64,000 nucleotides of DNA. Source: Gammaproteobacteria bacterium. GTDB lineage: Bacteria > Pseudomonadota > Gammaproteobacteria > CBDBNL01 > JAAOII01. The translations under genes were made by a program, and so were the position numbers. Shown here piece by piece: positions 28,356-37,704 of this stretch. Position 1 is the stretch's first letter; the number at the start of each line of letters is the position of its first letter. The stretch spans positions 1,545,309 to 1,609,308 of the forward strand of contig OZ242292.1 in the NCBI GenBank assembly GCA_965207705.1, written 5' to 3'. Under the pieces are notes generated by a model. The model saw only the letters and a list, made by a program, of their open reading frames with translations, was not told the DNA's origin and searched no databases.

Positions 28356-29255
28356 ATGCATCAGAATAATGGCGCGTTGGTTATCCTGCTCGCTGCTGGC
28401 AGTAGCCGCCGCTATAGTAATCATGCGGGGAATAATAAACATAAAAACGTGCATGAAAATGAATTGCCCAACTCGGAAGAATTGAAACAGCTTGAACTAT
28501 TAAACGGCAAATCGGTTATTAGCTACTCGCTTGAAAAGTTTTGTAATTGCCGTTTGGTGGATGAAGTTATAGTGATGATTCCGCCTGGGGAGCAAGCAAG
28601 ATTTCAAAATGTTATAAATGATTTAGCTGACAATATAAAGGGCAACATAAAAGGCAAGATAAAGGGGAACATAAATAAGAAGATCCGCTGTATAAAGGAG
28701 GGCGGAAAAAACAGGTTTGATTCAACGCATCTGGCAATCGCAGAACTGGCAAACGAATCAGGAAGTAGAAGTGTTCTAATCCATGATGCAGCGCGCCCAT
28801 TAGTATCTACACAATTAGTGGAAAAATGTATAGCTGCTTTGCAAACGCATCCAGCAGTAGCCGCAGCCCTTCCTGTAACCGATACACTTGGGCTACTAAC
28901 ACCTTTAAGCGAAGACATAAGCAAAGATGCGAGTACAGCAACTCCTCCTGCGCAAACAGGACATAATCGGGAGTACAAGATTAGTAAGATTGCCACCCGT
29001 TCAGATTACTGTTTGTTGCAAACACCACAAGGATTTCAGCTCCAACTATTGCGCGATAGTTTTCAAAACGCCGCGGATGAAGGTGGAGATACCAGCCGCT
29101 GGACAGACGACTGTTCGGTTGTGTTAGCTCATAATCCTTCTTTGTCCATTCATAAAATTGAGGGCGATGTTTATAACATTAAGCTTACTCACAAACAAGA
29201 CAAACAGATACTGGAATCAATTTTGCATAAACAACATGACAGAAGCAGCAGTTAA
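28356..29255 (+). CDS. ispD: 2-C-methyl-D-erythritol 4-phosphate cytidylyltransferase-like (IspD family), with insertions in the N-terminal nucleotide-binding loop and the repeat NIKGNIKGKIKGNINKK
   Basis: LAAGSSRR, VLIHDAARP, QTPQGF and the C-terminal TDDCSVV...NIKLT align with IspD motifs. About 60 residues longer than canonical IspD. Confidence 0.65.
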   Translation: MHQNNGALVILLAAGSSRRYSNHAGNNKHKNVHENELPNSEELKQLELLNGKSVISYSLEKFCNCRLVDEVIVMIPPGEQARFQNVINDLADNIKGNIKGKIKGNINKKIRCIKEGGKNRFDSTHLAIAELANESGSRSVLIHDAARPLVSTQLVEKCIAALQTHPAVAAALPVTDTLGLLTPLSEDISKDASTATPPAQTGHNREYKISKIATRSDYCLLQTPQGFQLQLLRDSFQNAADEGGDTSRWTDDCSVVLAHNPSLSIHKIEGDVYNIKLTHKQDKQILESILHKQHDRSSS

Positions 29256-29949
29256 AACAACATCTGCTATATCTAGAGCTTGGCGTGACTCCTGCGGCGC
29301 GCCTGGCTGGACACTATTCATTATCTTCTTTGCTTACGGCGCTGGATTAGAATCCATTGGTTTTGATGCGCTACAAAGCGCCGTCTCAACAATGTTTATC
29401 TATGCTCTGCCCGGACAGATAGTAGCTGTTAACGGCATAGCCGCAGGTTCTAGTTTACTGGGCATTGCTTTCGTAACTTGGTTAATCAATATCCGTTTGC
29501 TACCTATGGCGCTTACCCTCGCCCCCTTATTTAAAAAGGGCAGTCATGCGCCAGTTAGTTATTATTTATCCGCTCATTTTATAGCGGTCACTGGCTGGCT
29601 CAATTTCATAGACAATCATCGCTCGGTGCCGCAAAAGGACGTATTGCGTTACTTTATTTATTCGGGTGAAATTTTGTGGGTATTTTCTTTATGTGGAACC
29701 TTAGCGGGATTTTATGTGGTTAACTATATTCCGCATGAAGTATTTTTATCCTTGCTGCTGATAAACCCTTTATATTTCTTATGTGTTATAGCCAAGCATG
29801 GCAGTCAGAATGCCTGCATTGGAATTGCGGTATTAGGGGGATGTTTGTTGTATATGCCCTTTACTTGGCTAAATCAGGATTTTGCCTTGCTATTTGCTGG
29901 GATTAGTGGCGGCAGTTTGGCTTTCGCCTTTCACCAATTCAAACGATAA
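29236..29949 (+). CDS. azlC: AzlC family branched-chain amino-acid permease subunit-like membrane protein
   Basis: Polytopic membrane protein with AzlC-like N-terminal and middle segments. The start was chosen at ATG 29236 to avoid overlap with ispD. Confidence 0.6.
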   Translation: MTEAAVKTTSAISRAWRDSCGAPGWTLFIIFFAYGAGLESIGFDALQSAVSTMFIYALPGQIVAVNGIAAGSSLLGIAFVTWLINIRLLPMALTLAPLFKKGSHAPVSYYLSAHFIAVTGWLNFIDNHRSVPQKDVLRYFIYSGEILWVFSLCGTLAGFYVVNYIPHEVFLSLLLINPLYFLCVIAKHGSQNACIGIAVLGGCLLYMPFTWLNQDFALLFAGISGGSLAFAFHQFKR

Positions 29950-29991
29950 ATCGGAACTTAATTATTATGTCGTTTCATCCGCCTCCCCCGG

Positions 29992-30750
29992 CTATTGTTC
30001 AACTATTATGTCGGTTCCTGGTGGAGGGACAAGATTAAATTGCGAGCGTGTATTGCGCCAATTCTTTTTAATATTATCAAACTTCATCACAATTTTTTGG
30101 TTAAGTTCGGTATCCCAGTTAATCTCACGCGGTATATTGTTTCTAAAATAAACTGATATTCCTTGCGAGTATTGAGCGTCACTTAAAAAGAATATAGGAG
30201 CATTTGTATCTGGCTGGCTTATATCCATAGCATCTAAAACAGCTTTATTTCCTCCAAGGAAAAAGAAAGGTGGCAGGTTATTTTTATCAAGCGGACGGAT
30301 AATTAACTGCCTAAGTTCTTCATCATAAATCAAGATATTGGTGCTATTGCTTATTATGGTCTGAGCAAAAGGTGGGTCAACTTCCCATCTTAATAGCAAA
30401 GGGCGAGTCATCCTAAACTTTCCGCTTAGGATGCGTAAAGTGTTACCATTGGAATCATATTCATGCTGGGTAAAATCACCGCGCAGGGATTTTATTGAAG
30501 ATAAAATATCTTCAAGATTATTCCTTGCCTGATTATCCGCCGCGAGCGCCAAGGGGGGAATAACAAGGAGGGGAATAACAAGGGGGGGAATAACCAGGGG
30601 GGTAATAAAGAGAGAGAAAATAACGAGCGAGGAAAGAACGGAGAAAACAAAACCGAAAACCACTAACAGGGTTTCAGTCGCTTTATGAATAGCGCATTTG
30701 GCTCGTTGCGTTCCCTCCGCCCATAAGGAGGCGAGTTGACTATCCAGCAT
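29992..30750 (-). CDS. LolA-like outer-membrane lipoprotein carrier protein with an unusually long, internally repeated hydrophobic N-terminus
   Basis: LRGDFTQ..., LRWEVDPP... and LIIRPLD resemble the LolA fold. The N-terminus contains ITPLVIPPLVIPLLVIPPLALA before an AXA site. Confidence 0.5.
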   Translation of the reverse strand: MLDSQLASLWAEGTQRAKCAIHKATETLLVVFGFVFSVLSSLVIFSLFITPLVIPPLVIPLLVIPPLALAADNQARNNLEDILSSIKSLRGDFTQHEYDSNGNTLRILSGKFRMTRPLLLRWEVDPPFAQTIISNSTNILIYDEELRQLIIRPLDKNNLPPFFFLGGNKAVLDAMDISQPDTNAPIFFLSDAQYSQGISVYFRNNIPREINWDTELNQKIVMKFDNIKKNWRNTRSQFNLVPPPGTDIIVEQ

Positions 30751-31621
30751 CCTCAGGCATTTCTATCATCAACATAAATAACTGACGCAAGAAGTTTGCA
30801 TCATTCGACAAATCGGCTATATCGTTAAGTGCTTGCTCCCTTAGGTCATTTATTCGTTGCCGTGATTTTTCTATCCCAGCTATTGCTGGATATGTGGACT
30901 TATGCACACCTGTGGAAGATTCGCCTTCTTCATCCATATCCATTAGGTCATCCTTTATCTGAAACCCCAAGCCAATCTTTTCGCCAGCAGATGTTATCTT
31001 AGTAATAAAGTCATCTGTCGCCTTGCCACTGCTCAACGCTCCAAGTTGCAATGAAGTTTTTATTAGAGCGCCACACTTTAACTGATGCATGTTTTCTGTT
31101 TCTTGCAGGGTAAGTTGCTCCTTCTCTCCCCTTAAATCAATCACTTGTCCGCAGACAATATCACAAGATGCTTTAATCAGCGCTTGAGACATTATTTCTT
31201 TTACTTCAGCAGAGTATAGAGTAGAGCTATTAATGCTGTCAAAAGCGATTACCTGCATAATATCGCCAGCCAAGATAGCATTTGCTTCACCGAATTTACT
31301 ATGACAGCTTTGCATTCCCCGTCTGGTATCATGATTGTCCATAGCAGGCAAGTCATCATGGATAAGAGAATAGCAATGCACTAATTCAATAGCAGCTGCC
31401 GCATGAGCTATCTGATTAAAATCTACTCCCTGAGAACGGGCGGCTCCATAAACTAACAGAGGGCGCAGCCGCTTGCCGCCACTTGTTATGGTGCTATAAA
31501 TAACTGCGTCTATAATTTCACTGCTATCAGGATAGCGTGACTTATAGGGCGTTAGTAACCCTTCAAGAAACTTATTAAAGTTGTTGCAAAAATCTTTCTT
31601 CTCTGTATTAAAGTCAAGCAT
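30740..31621 (-). CDS. ispA: Farnesyl-diphosphate synthase / geranyltranstransferase
   Basis: LIHDDLPAMDN (FARM) and GLGFQIKDDLMD (SARM) motifs. Confidence 0.85.
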   Translation of the reverse strand: MLDFNTEKKDFCNNFNKFLEGLLTPYKSRYPDSSEIIDAVIYSTITSGGKRLRPLLVYGAARSQGVDFNQIAHAAAAIELVHCYSLIHDDLPAMDNHDTRRGMQSCHSKFGEANAILAGDIMQVIAFDSINSSTLYSAEVKEIMSQALIKASCDIVCGQVIDLRGEKEQLTLQETENMHQLKCGALIKTSLQLGALSSGKATDDFITKITSAGEKIGLGFQIKDDLMDMDEEGESSTGVHKSTYPAIAGIEKSRQRINDLREQALNDIADLSNDANFLRQLFMLMIEMPEDAG

Positions 31622-31658
31622 TATTCCGATGCAATGTTAATTGCTATTGTTTGATGTT

Positions 31659-31961
31659 TTAAGAATTATTGTTTGTAGAATCATCAGCAGTAGTATCTGC
31701 TGCAGTGATTTCCTCAATTTTCTGGTTTGCTGTTTGCAGCAGATTCTGGCATTTTTTTATTAATGTAAGCGCATTTTCATACTTCTTAATGCTTTCGTCA
31801 AGCGGCAACTTACCTTCTTCAATTGCTTCTACAATACTCTTTATTTCCACCATAGCTTTTTCAAAATTAAAGTCATCTTGGCTTGTTCCTTTTGTGTTAT
31901 TATCGCTATTAGTATCGCCCTGTTTAAAAATGCTACTGTCGTTGTGTTCTTCCTCGTTCAT
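31659..31961 (-). CDS. xseB: Exodeoxyribonuclease VII small subunit
   Basis: FEKAMVEIKSIVEAIEEGKLPLDESIKKYE matches the XseB core. The gene order xseB-ispA is conserved. Confidence 0.8.
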   Translation of the reverse strand: MNEEEHNDSSIFKQGDTNSDNNTKGTSQDDFNFEKAMVEIKSIVEAIEEGKLPLDESIKKYENALTLIKKCQNLLQTANQKIEEITAADTTADDSTNNNS

Positions 31962-31998
31962 TACTCTATGTGCTTAGTTCGTGCTTAGTTATTCAAGT

Positions 31999-32277
31999 TT
32001 ATTTATCTTCTGCTGGGGGGACATAGCCCGCTGGCTTGTCAAAATCTTTGTTATTCAAAAATTTATCCATCTGCTCCGTCAAATAGTCGCGGTCTTCTTT
32101 GTTTACCATACTTAGATGTTTCTCATTGATTAGCATAGTTTGGTGTTTCAACCATTCCACCCATGCCTGATGAGATACATTCTCCAATAGATACTCTCCT
32201 TTTTCATTGGGAAAAGGAGCGCTTTCCATAGCGGGTAAGTTCAAATGATATTTTATACAGAATACTTCTTTTGTCAT
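31999..32277 (-). CDS. yggX: Fe(2+)-trafficking protein YggX
   Basis: MTKEVFC...ENVSHQAWVEWLKHQTMLINEKHL matches the YggX family. The ORF-track N-terminal extension (32278-32472) runs into REP elements and is rejected. Confidence 0.75.
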   Translation of the reverse strand: MTKEVFCIKYHLNLPAMESAPFPNEKGEYLLENVSHQAWVEWLKHQTMLINEKHLSMVNKEDRDYLTEQMDKFLNNKDFDKPAGYVPPAEDK

Positions 32278-32300
32278 TTGAATAATATAACACAACATAA

Positions 32301-32578
32301 GGTATCTTGTATAAATTCTTGCGACACAATTCTGTATGGTGTTTGACATTACGATACCCATCTGGTATGCTGTATAAATTCTTGCGATGATGGTCTGTAG
32401 GGGCGGAGCTGCGCTCCGCCCGCCAGATGCTTGATACTTGCGATAAACCTTCGGCATGCTCGCGTCGTACATATCTATGGTCTATGACATTACGACGCAG
32501 GTCTGTAGGGGCGGAGCTGCGCTCCGCCCGCAAGATGCTTGATACTTGCGATAAACCTTCGGAATGCTCGCGTCGCAA
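32301..32578 (+). repeat. REP-like composite palindromic elements (tandem dimer, two GGGGCGGAGCTGCGCTCCGCCC cores)
   Basis: Direct reading. Two units, each with CTTGCGA(C/T)G...GTCTGTAGGGGCGGAGCTGCGCTCCGCCCGC.AGATGCTTGATACTTGCGATAAACCTTCGG.ATGCTCGCGTCG. Confidence 0.85.
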
Positions 32579-32622
32579 TATAATTTATTTGATATTCTAC
32601 TTTTTCAAGTAAAATACTAATT

Positions 32623-32916
32623 ATGATAAAGGTTATTATTGAAAGAAAAGTTATGCCCGAGTGCATAGAACAATATGAAAAACGAGCATTGCAAGCCAAC
32701 CAGGTAGTATTTAACGCCACGGGCTTTATTTCAAGCGAAGCTCTTATAAATACCCGCGACCCCAACCATCGCTATGTTGTAGTCAACTTTGATAATATCC
32801 ATAATTGGAATCAATGGCATAAGTCAGATAAACGCAAGGAAGCAGTGGCAGAAATGATGCAGATGCTGGAAGAGCCGGAAAAAATTTCCGTATTAGAATT
32901 TCTCATAAGGGTTTGA
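32623..32916 (+). CDS. Small hypothetical protein (97 aa; an ABM/Dabb-like fold is possible)
   Basis: Clean ORF between the REP locus and priA. No confident motif. Confidence 0.4.
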   Translation: MIKVIIERKVMPECIEQYEKRALQANQVVFNATGFISSEALINTRDPNHRYVVVNFDNIHNWNQWHKSDKRKEAVAEMMQMLEEPEKISVLEFLIRV

Positions 32917-32962
32917 TTTCATCACACAACTTCTGTAATTATTTGCAATTATTTATAGAGGC

Positions 32963-35272
32963 GTGCAGTCAGTAGAAATAGTATTCCCGCTGCCATTAAA
33001 TAGAAGCTTTACTTATCTGCTATCGCCAGATGTTACTTACGGCAGTCATCTACTTGGTGCCAGAGTTATAGCTCCATTTGGTCCGCGCACTCTCTCTGGT
33101 TTTATCAGCGGTCCAGGCAAGCCACAAGAAACGCAAGAAGCACAACAAACGCTTAGTAAGAGTAAAAAACAGGATAGAAAAAGAATAACCCTAAAAGAAA
33201 TAAAACAATTAGTTGACCAGCCAACTTTATTCCCCCCTAGGCTATACAAGACCCTTTGCTGGGCTGCAGAATACTATTGCGAACCGCTCGGCCAGGTATT
33301 AGATACTGCCATTCCTTCTGCGTTACGCAGCGGCAAAGATGCGGAGCCACTTTTTATTACTAAATGGCATTTAACCGATAAAGGTAAGGATGTTGACATA
33401 GAAAGCATCACAGGCAGCAATCAACGCAAGGTATTACAACTACTGGGAGTTGGACAAAAATTGGAGCAAAACCAAGAACATGGAGAATCTCCCGCCTCAA
33501 CTAAAAAGCAAGAACAAGAGAGTAATACTGAAATCAGTAGCAGCGCCCTAAATGCGATGCGCATATCGGCAAGCGTTTTACAGGCGCTAAAAAAGAAGGA
33601 GCTAATCGCAGGAAGGAAAGTCCTCAAACTCCCACCACGCAAGTTTACTGGGATACCTTATGTTCACCCGCAACTAACGGATGAACAACAACAAGCAGTT
33701 GACAAGGTTACTGCAAGCTTTGGCAAATATAACTGTTTTTTATTGGAGGGAGTAACCAATAGCGGTAAGACAGAAGTATATATTGAAATAATCCGCCGCG
33801 CTTTAGCCCGTGGCGAGCAGGCATTATATTTAGTGCCTGAAATAGGCCTGTCACCGCAGACCTTACAGCGGCTGGAAAAATCTCTTGCTATTCCTTTAGG
33901 TGTAATCCATTCTTCGCTTAGTCCTGGCGCAAGAATGCAAAATTATTTACTGGTGGCGCGCCACCAAATTAGCGTGCTTATAGGCACTCGTTCTGCAGCG
34001 TTTGCCCCCCTCGCCAAACCTGGATGTATCATTGTGGATGAAGAGCACGACTCATCCTATAAGCAACATAGCGGCTTTCGCTATAACGGCAAACACTTTT
34101 TAATTAAGCTTGCTTCCGAATATAATATACCCATTGTCTTGGGCAGTGCCACTCCAGCGCTTGAGTCCTTCTACAATGCGCGACAAGGTAAATATCAGCA
34201 TCTTCGTCTCAAACAAAAATTTGCCAGTGCTGGAAAAATCAGTGCCCAATTAATTGAAATGAAAGGGCGTTACCAGCCAAATAATTTGCCGCATGAAGCG
34301 TTGACCGCTATCAAACAAACTCTGGCAGATAACTCACAGGTTTTGGTGTTCATTAATAGACGCGGCTTCGCCCCGCAGCTACAGTGCTCGGCTTGTAATT
34401 GGATGCAAGTATGTTCTTCTTGCGACCGACCGATGACTTTGCATAAGTATCCGCCACTTTTGGCTTGCCACCTGTGCGAAACCCAAAAACCTATACCTCA
34501 CAAATGTCCAAACTGCGATAGCTTACAAATAACTCCTATAGGGTTGGGCACCCAAAGCATTGAGAGCATACTGGCAAAAGAATTTCCTAAGGCGCAGATT
34601 CTCCGCATAGACAGAGATAGCATGAGCAAAAAGGAGTCCTTTCAAGATTTTTATCGCAAGGTGCAATCAGACGAACCAGCTATTTTAGTGGGAACTCAGA
34701 TGCTTGCCAAAGGTCATGATTTTGCTAATGTTGCTCTTGCTATCATAGTCAATTGTGATAGCGGCTTGCTCAGCAATGACTTTCATAATGTTGAGCAGGT
34801 TGCTCAGCTGATTACTCAGGTAATTGGCAGAGTGGGACGGCGTAACAGCGGACGTATTATTATCCCAACCTATTATCCAGAACATCCTGTGCTGCAAACC
34901 CTGATAAGGCGCAGCTATGCGGACTTTGCCAAACTGGAACTTGACAATCGCAACAAATTTGCATTACCTCCTTATCATTTCCTTGCTTACCTAAGAGCCG
35001 AAGCACTTAAGCCCGAAGATGCTCAAGAATTTCTTGGCAAGCTTAAAGATTTAGCATTAGATGAAGCCCGCCAAAACAAGGCGCAATTGTTGGGACCTAT
35101 TGAATCAAGCATAGCTAAAAGATTAAATTTTTATCGCTTCGTTGTTTTAATTAAGAGCGAAAGCAGACAAGCATTACATAAAGTGGCGCGCCTTATGAGC
35201 GAGCAGGCGCAACAGCACAACAAATCAAATATCGCTTGGCACTTAGACATTGACCCCATTGACCCACCTTAG
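32963..35272 (+). CDS. priA: Primosomal protein N' (replication restart helicase), with a GTG start
   Basis: N-terminal VEIVFPLPL winged-helix region, Walker A GVTNSGKTEVY, DEEHD, and a Cys-rich zinc-binding region (CSACNW...CSSCD...CHLC...CPNCD). Confidence 0.9.
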   Translation: MQSVEIVFPLPLNRSFTYLLSPDVTYGSHLLGARVIAPFGPRTLSGFISGPGKPQETQEAQQTLSKSKKQDRKRITLKEIKQLVDQPTLFPPRLYKTLCWAAEYYCEPLGQVLDTAIPSALRSGKDAEPLFITKWHLTDKGKDVDIESITGSNQRKVLQLLGVGQKLEQNQEHGESPASTKKQEQESNTEISSSALNAMRISASVLQALKKKELIAGRKVLKLPPRKFTGIPYVHPQLTDEQQQAVDKVTASFGKYNCFLLEGVTNSGKTEVYIEIIRRALARGEQALYLVPEIGLSPQTLQRLEKSLAIPLGVIHSSLSPGARMQNYLLVARHQISVLIGTRSAAFAPLAKPGCIIVDEEHDSSYKQHSGFRYNGKHFLIKLASEYNIPIVLGSATPALESFYNARQGKYQHLRLKQKFASAGKISAQLIEMKGRYQPNNLPHEALTAIKQTLADNSQVLVFINRRGFAPQLQCSACNWMQVCSSCDRPMTLHKYPPLLACHLCETQKPIPHKCPNCDSLQITPIGLGTQSIESILAKEFPKAQILRIDRDSMSKKESFQDFYRKVQSDEPAILVGTQMLAKGHDFANVALAIIVNCDSGLLSNDFHNVEQVAQLITQVIGRVGRRNSGRIIIPTYYPEHPVLQTLIRRSYADFAKLELDNRNKFALPPYHFLAYLRAEALKPEDAQEFLGKLKDLALDEARQNKAQLLGPIESSIAKRLNFYRFVVLIKSESRQALHKVARLMSEQAQQHNKSNIAWHLDIDPIDPP

Positions 35273-35274
35273 CT

Positions 35275-35581
35275 ATGATGTATAAATCCTTGCAATACAA
35301 TTCTGTATGGTGCATAAATCCTTGCAACGTAGATCTGTATGGCGTTCAAACCTACGACGCAGGTCTGTAGGGGCGGAGCTGCGCTCCGCCCGCAAAATGT
35401 CTAATTCTTGCGACGTACCATCGGCATGCTCGCGACGTACATAATCATGCTGCATAAATTATTGCGACGCAATTCTGTATGGTGCATAAATTCTCGCAAC
35501 GCAGGTCTGTAGGGGCGGAGCCATGCTCCGCCCGCAAGATGTCTAATACTTGCAACACACCATCGGCATGCTCGCGACACC
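35275..35581 (+). repeat. REP-like composite elements (cluster with two palindromic cores, one variant having a CCAT centre)
   Basis: GTCTGTAGGGGCGGAGCTGCGCTCCGCCCGC at about 35364 and GTCTGTAGGGGCGGAGCCATGCTCCGCCCGC at about 35505, each flanked by CTGTATGGTGCATAAAT.CTTGC units. Confidence 0.85.
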
Positions 35582-35670
35582 ACACAAAATAACCGTTAGG
35601 GATTTCTGCATAAAAGCGTGTAATTATTCAACTATATATAGTATAATGTTGCTTAGCACAGTAAAAAATT

Positions 35671-36615
35671 ATGGAACATTTAGATTTTGAAAAACCTATA
35701 GTGGAGGTTCAGGAAAAGCTGGACGGCTTGCGGATGGCAAGCAATGATGAAAGCATAACCTCCGAAATCATTAGATTAGAAGAAAGGTTGGAGTCAGTTA
35801 CCCAAAAGGTATTCTCCACACTCAGCGACTGGCAGATTGTCCAAATAGCCCGTCACCCATCACGCCCATATTTCACCGATTATCTTGAACACGTCTTCAG
35901 CGACCACGAAGAACTGCATGGCGACCGCCAGTATTCCGATGACGCTTCACTGGTAGCGGCTTTAGCGCGCCTTGATGGCAAGCCAGTTATGGTGATAGGG
36001 CAACAAAAAGGGCGTGAAGTACCCGAAAAGGTCAAGCGCAATTTTGGCATGCCTAAGCCCGAGGGCTATCGCAAGGCATTACGATTAATGAAAATGGCAG
36101 AAAAGTTCAAGCTTCCCATCATAACTTTTATTGATACTCCCGGCGCCTATCCTGGCATAGGGGCGGAAGAAAGAGGGCAAAGTGAAGCCATAGCCCGCAA
36201 TCTTATGGTTATGGCGCGTCTTAAGACCCCAATTATAAGCTTGGTTATAGGCGAAGGTGGTTCGGGAGGAGCCCTTGCCATAGGGGTTTGCGATAGATTA
36301 CTAATGCTGCAGTATTCAATTTACTCGGTAATATCACCTGAGGGCTGCGCTTCCATACTTTGGCGTGATGCCAAATATGCGGATGTCGCCGCTAAAGCCA
36401 TGTCTATTACCGCAGATAAACTGAAAAAAATATCTCTGGTAGATCAGGTTATACAAGAACCATCTGGCGGAGCGCATCGTCACCCCGAAGATGTTTATAC
36501 CAAAGTCCGTACTCAATTACTATCTTCGTTAAAAGAACTTAACAGCGTCAGCAATCCTGCCGAACTCGTCCGTCAAAGATATGACAAGTGGATGGGCTTC
36601 GGTAATTTTGAATAA
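35671..36615 (+). CDS. accA: Acetyl-CoA carboxylase carboxyltransferase subunit alpha
   Basis: LDFEKPI...ARHPSRPY...[10 protein letters not shown]...[10 protein letters not shown] is collinear with AccA. Confidence 0.9.
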   Translation: MEHLDFEKPIVEVQEKLDGLRMASNDESITSEIIRLEERLESVTQKVFSTLSDWQIVQIARHPSRPYFTDYLEHVFSDHEELHGDRQYSDDASLVAALARLDGKPVMVIGQQKGREVPEKVKRNFGMPKPEGYRKALRLMKMAEKFKLPIITFIDTPGAYPGIGAEERGQSEAIARNLMVMARLKTPIISLVIGEGGSGGALAIGVCDRLLMLQYSIYSVISPEGCASILWRDAKYADVAAKAMSITADKLKKISLVDQVIQEPSGGAHRHPEDVYTKVRTQLLSSLKELNSVSNPAELVRQRYDKWMGFGNFE

Positions 36616-37697
36616 TTTCTGCTAAAACCCTAATAATCATCCTAGGTCCTACCGGGAGTGGTAAAAGTGCTCTCGCTCTGGAACTAGCTAAAATGCTGCC
36701 AGCTGAGATTATCAGTGCCGATGCAGTTCAAGTGTATAAAGGGCTGAATATCGGCTCAGCCAAACCAGAACCCCACATCCAAGCAAAGGTTAAACACCAT
36801 CTGATTGATATAGCCGAACCCAACACTGTTTATTCGGCAGGGCGTTTCGTTGAAGATGCCCACAAGGCAATAGCAGATGTAGTTGCTCGCCACAAGGTTC
36901 CTTTGGTGGTAGGCGGCACAATGTTTTATGTTAAGGCACTTTTACAGGGACTGAATGACTTACCGCGAGCAGATAAATCCATTCGCGCCAAATATATGGC
37001 TTTGGCGCAACAAGGAGGAACTGCCGCCTTGCATGCCGTCCTGCTGAAAGTTGACCCAGAGGCAGCGCAAAGAATCGGCAGTGGCGACGAGCAAAGGTTG
37101 TGCCGCGCTCTTGAGCTAAACGAACAGGTAGGTATGCCGCTCTCTTCATTATTTGACAAGTCCAACAAAAAAGGGCTTAAAGAATTATGGGAGTCCGAAC
37201 AGGGGGAAGATGGCGGACGTGGCGGGGATGATGGACGTGGCGGACATGGCGGACGTGGAGAACATGGAGGACGTGGTGGACGAATTCTAACTTTTGCTTT
37301 AATGTTTGCTAAACGCGAGCAGCTGCATAAACGACTTGCCGTGAGATTCCGTCAATTTATTGCGAACGGGTTACTTGAAGAAGTTAAAGCATTGTCTGCC
37401 AGAGGCGATCTTGACTTAACCTATCCAGCTATGCGGGCAGTGGGTTATCGTCAAGTATGGGAGTACTTAGAACAACAAGAATTAAGTAAATCCCAGGATG
37501 GGACTGATGGCAAATCCCAAGATAAACACCAGGACAAACACCAGTATGATGAAATGATAGAGAAGGGGATAATCGCAACTCGCCAACTGGCAAAAAAACA
37601 AATAACCTGGTTGTCATCTTGGGATAATCTGCATATATTGGATGCTTCTTTATCATCCGATAAATTAGCCAAGCAAATAATCAAATCAATATTATAA
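36615..37697 (+). CDS. miaA: tRNA dimethylallyltransferase with G/R/D/H-rich and KSQD repeat insertions. No canonical start codon lies upstream of the P-loop, so a non-canonical (ATT/ATA) start is proposed.
   Basis: The P-loop ILGPTGSGKSALALELA sits upstream of the first ATG (36693). The frame is open back to 36612 with only ATA/ATT codons available. The downstream motifs match MiaA. Confidence 0.7.
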   Translation: MSAKTLIIILGPTGSGKSALALELAKMLPAEIISADAVQVYKGLNIGSAKPEPHIQAKVKHHLIDIAEPNTVYSAGRFVEDAHKAIADVVARHKVPLVVGGTMFYVKALLQGLNDLPRADKSIRAKYMALAQQGGTAALHAVLLKVDPEAAQRIGSGDEQRLCRALELNEQVGMPLSSLFDKSNKKGLKELWESEQGEDGGRGGDDGRGGHGGRGEHGGRGGRILTFALMFAKREQLHKRLAVRFRQFIANGLLEEVKALSARGDLDLTYPAMRAVGYRQVWEYLEQQELSKSQDGTDGKSQDKHQDKHQYDEMIEKGIIATRQLAKKQITWLSSWDNLHILDASLSSDKLAKQIIKSIL

Positions 37698-37704
37698 TAA
37701 CCTT

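Noticed and set aside
29158-29235. ORF-track start of azlC at 29158
   Set aside because: It overlaps the 3' end of ispD by about 100 nt. The internal ATG at 29236 begins the conserved membrane domain.
32204-32765. ORF-track ORFs 32204..32578(-), 32427..32612(+) and 32490..32765(-), plus the N-terminal 65 aa of 31999..32472(-)
   Set aside because: They lie entirely within the REP-like palindromic repeats and their arginine- and serine-rich translations are repeat artefacts. The real yggX starts at the MTKEVFC Met (32277).
35273-35583. ORFs 35273..35455(-) and 35401..35583(-)
   Set aside because: They are translations of the REP cluster between priA and accA. The same peptide pattern (ERSSAPTDLRR...) recurs at every REP locus.
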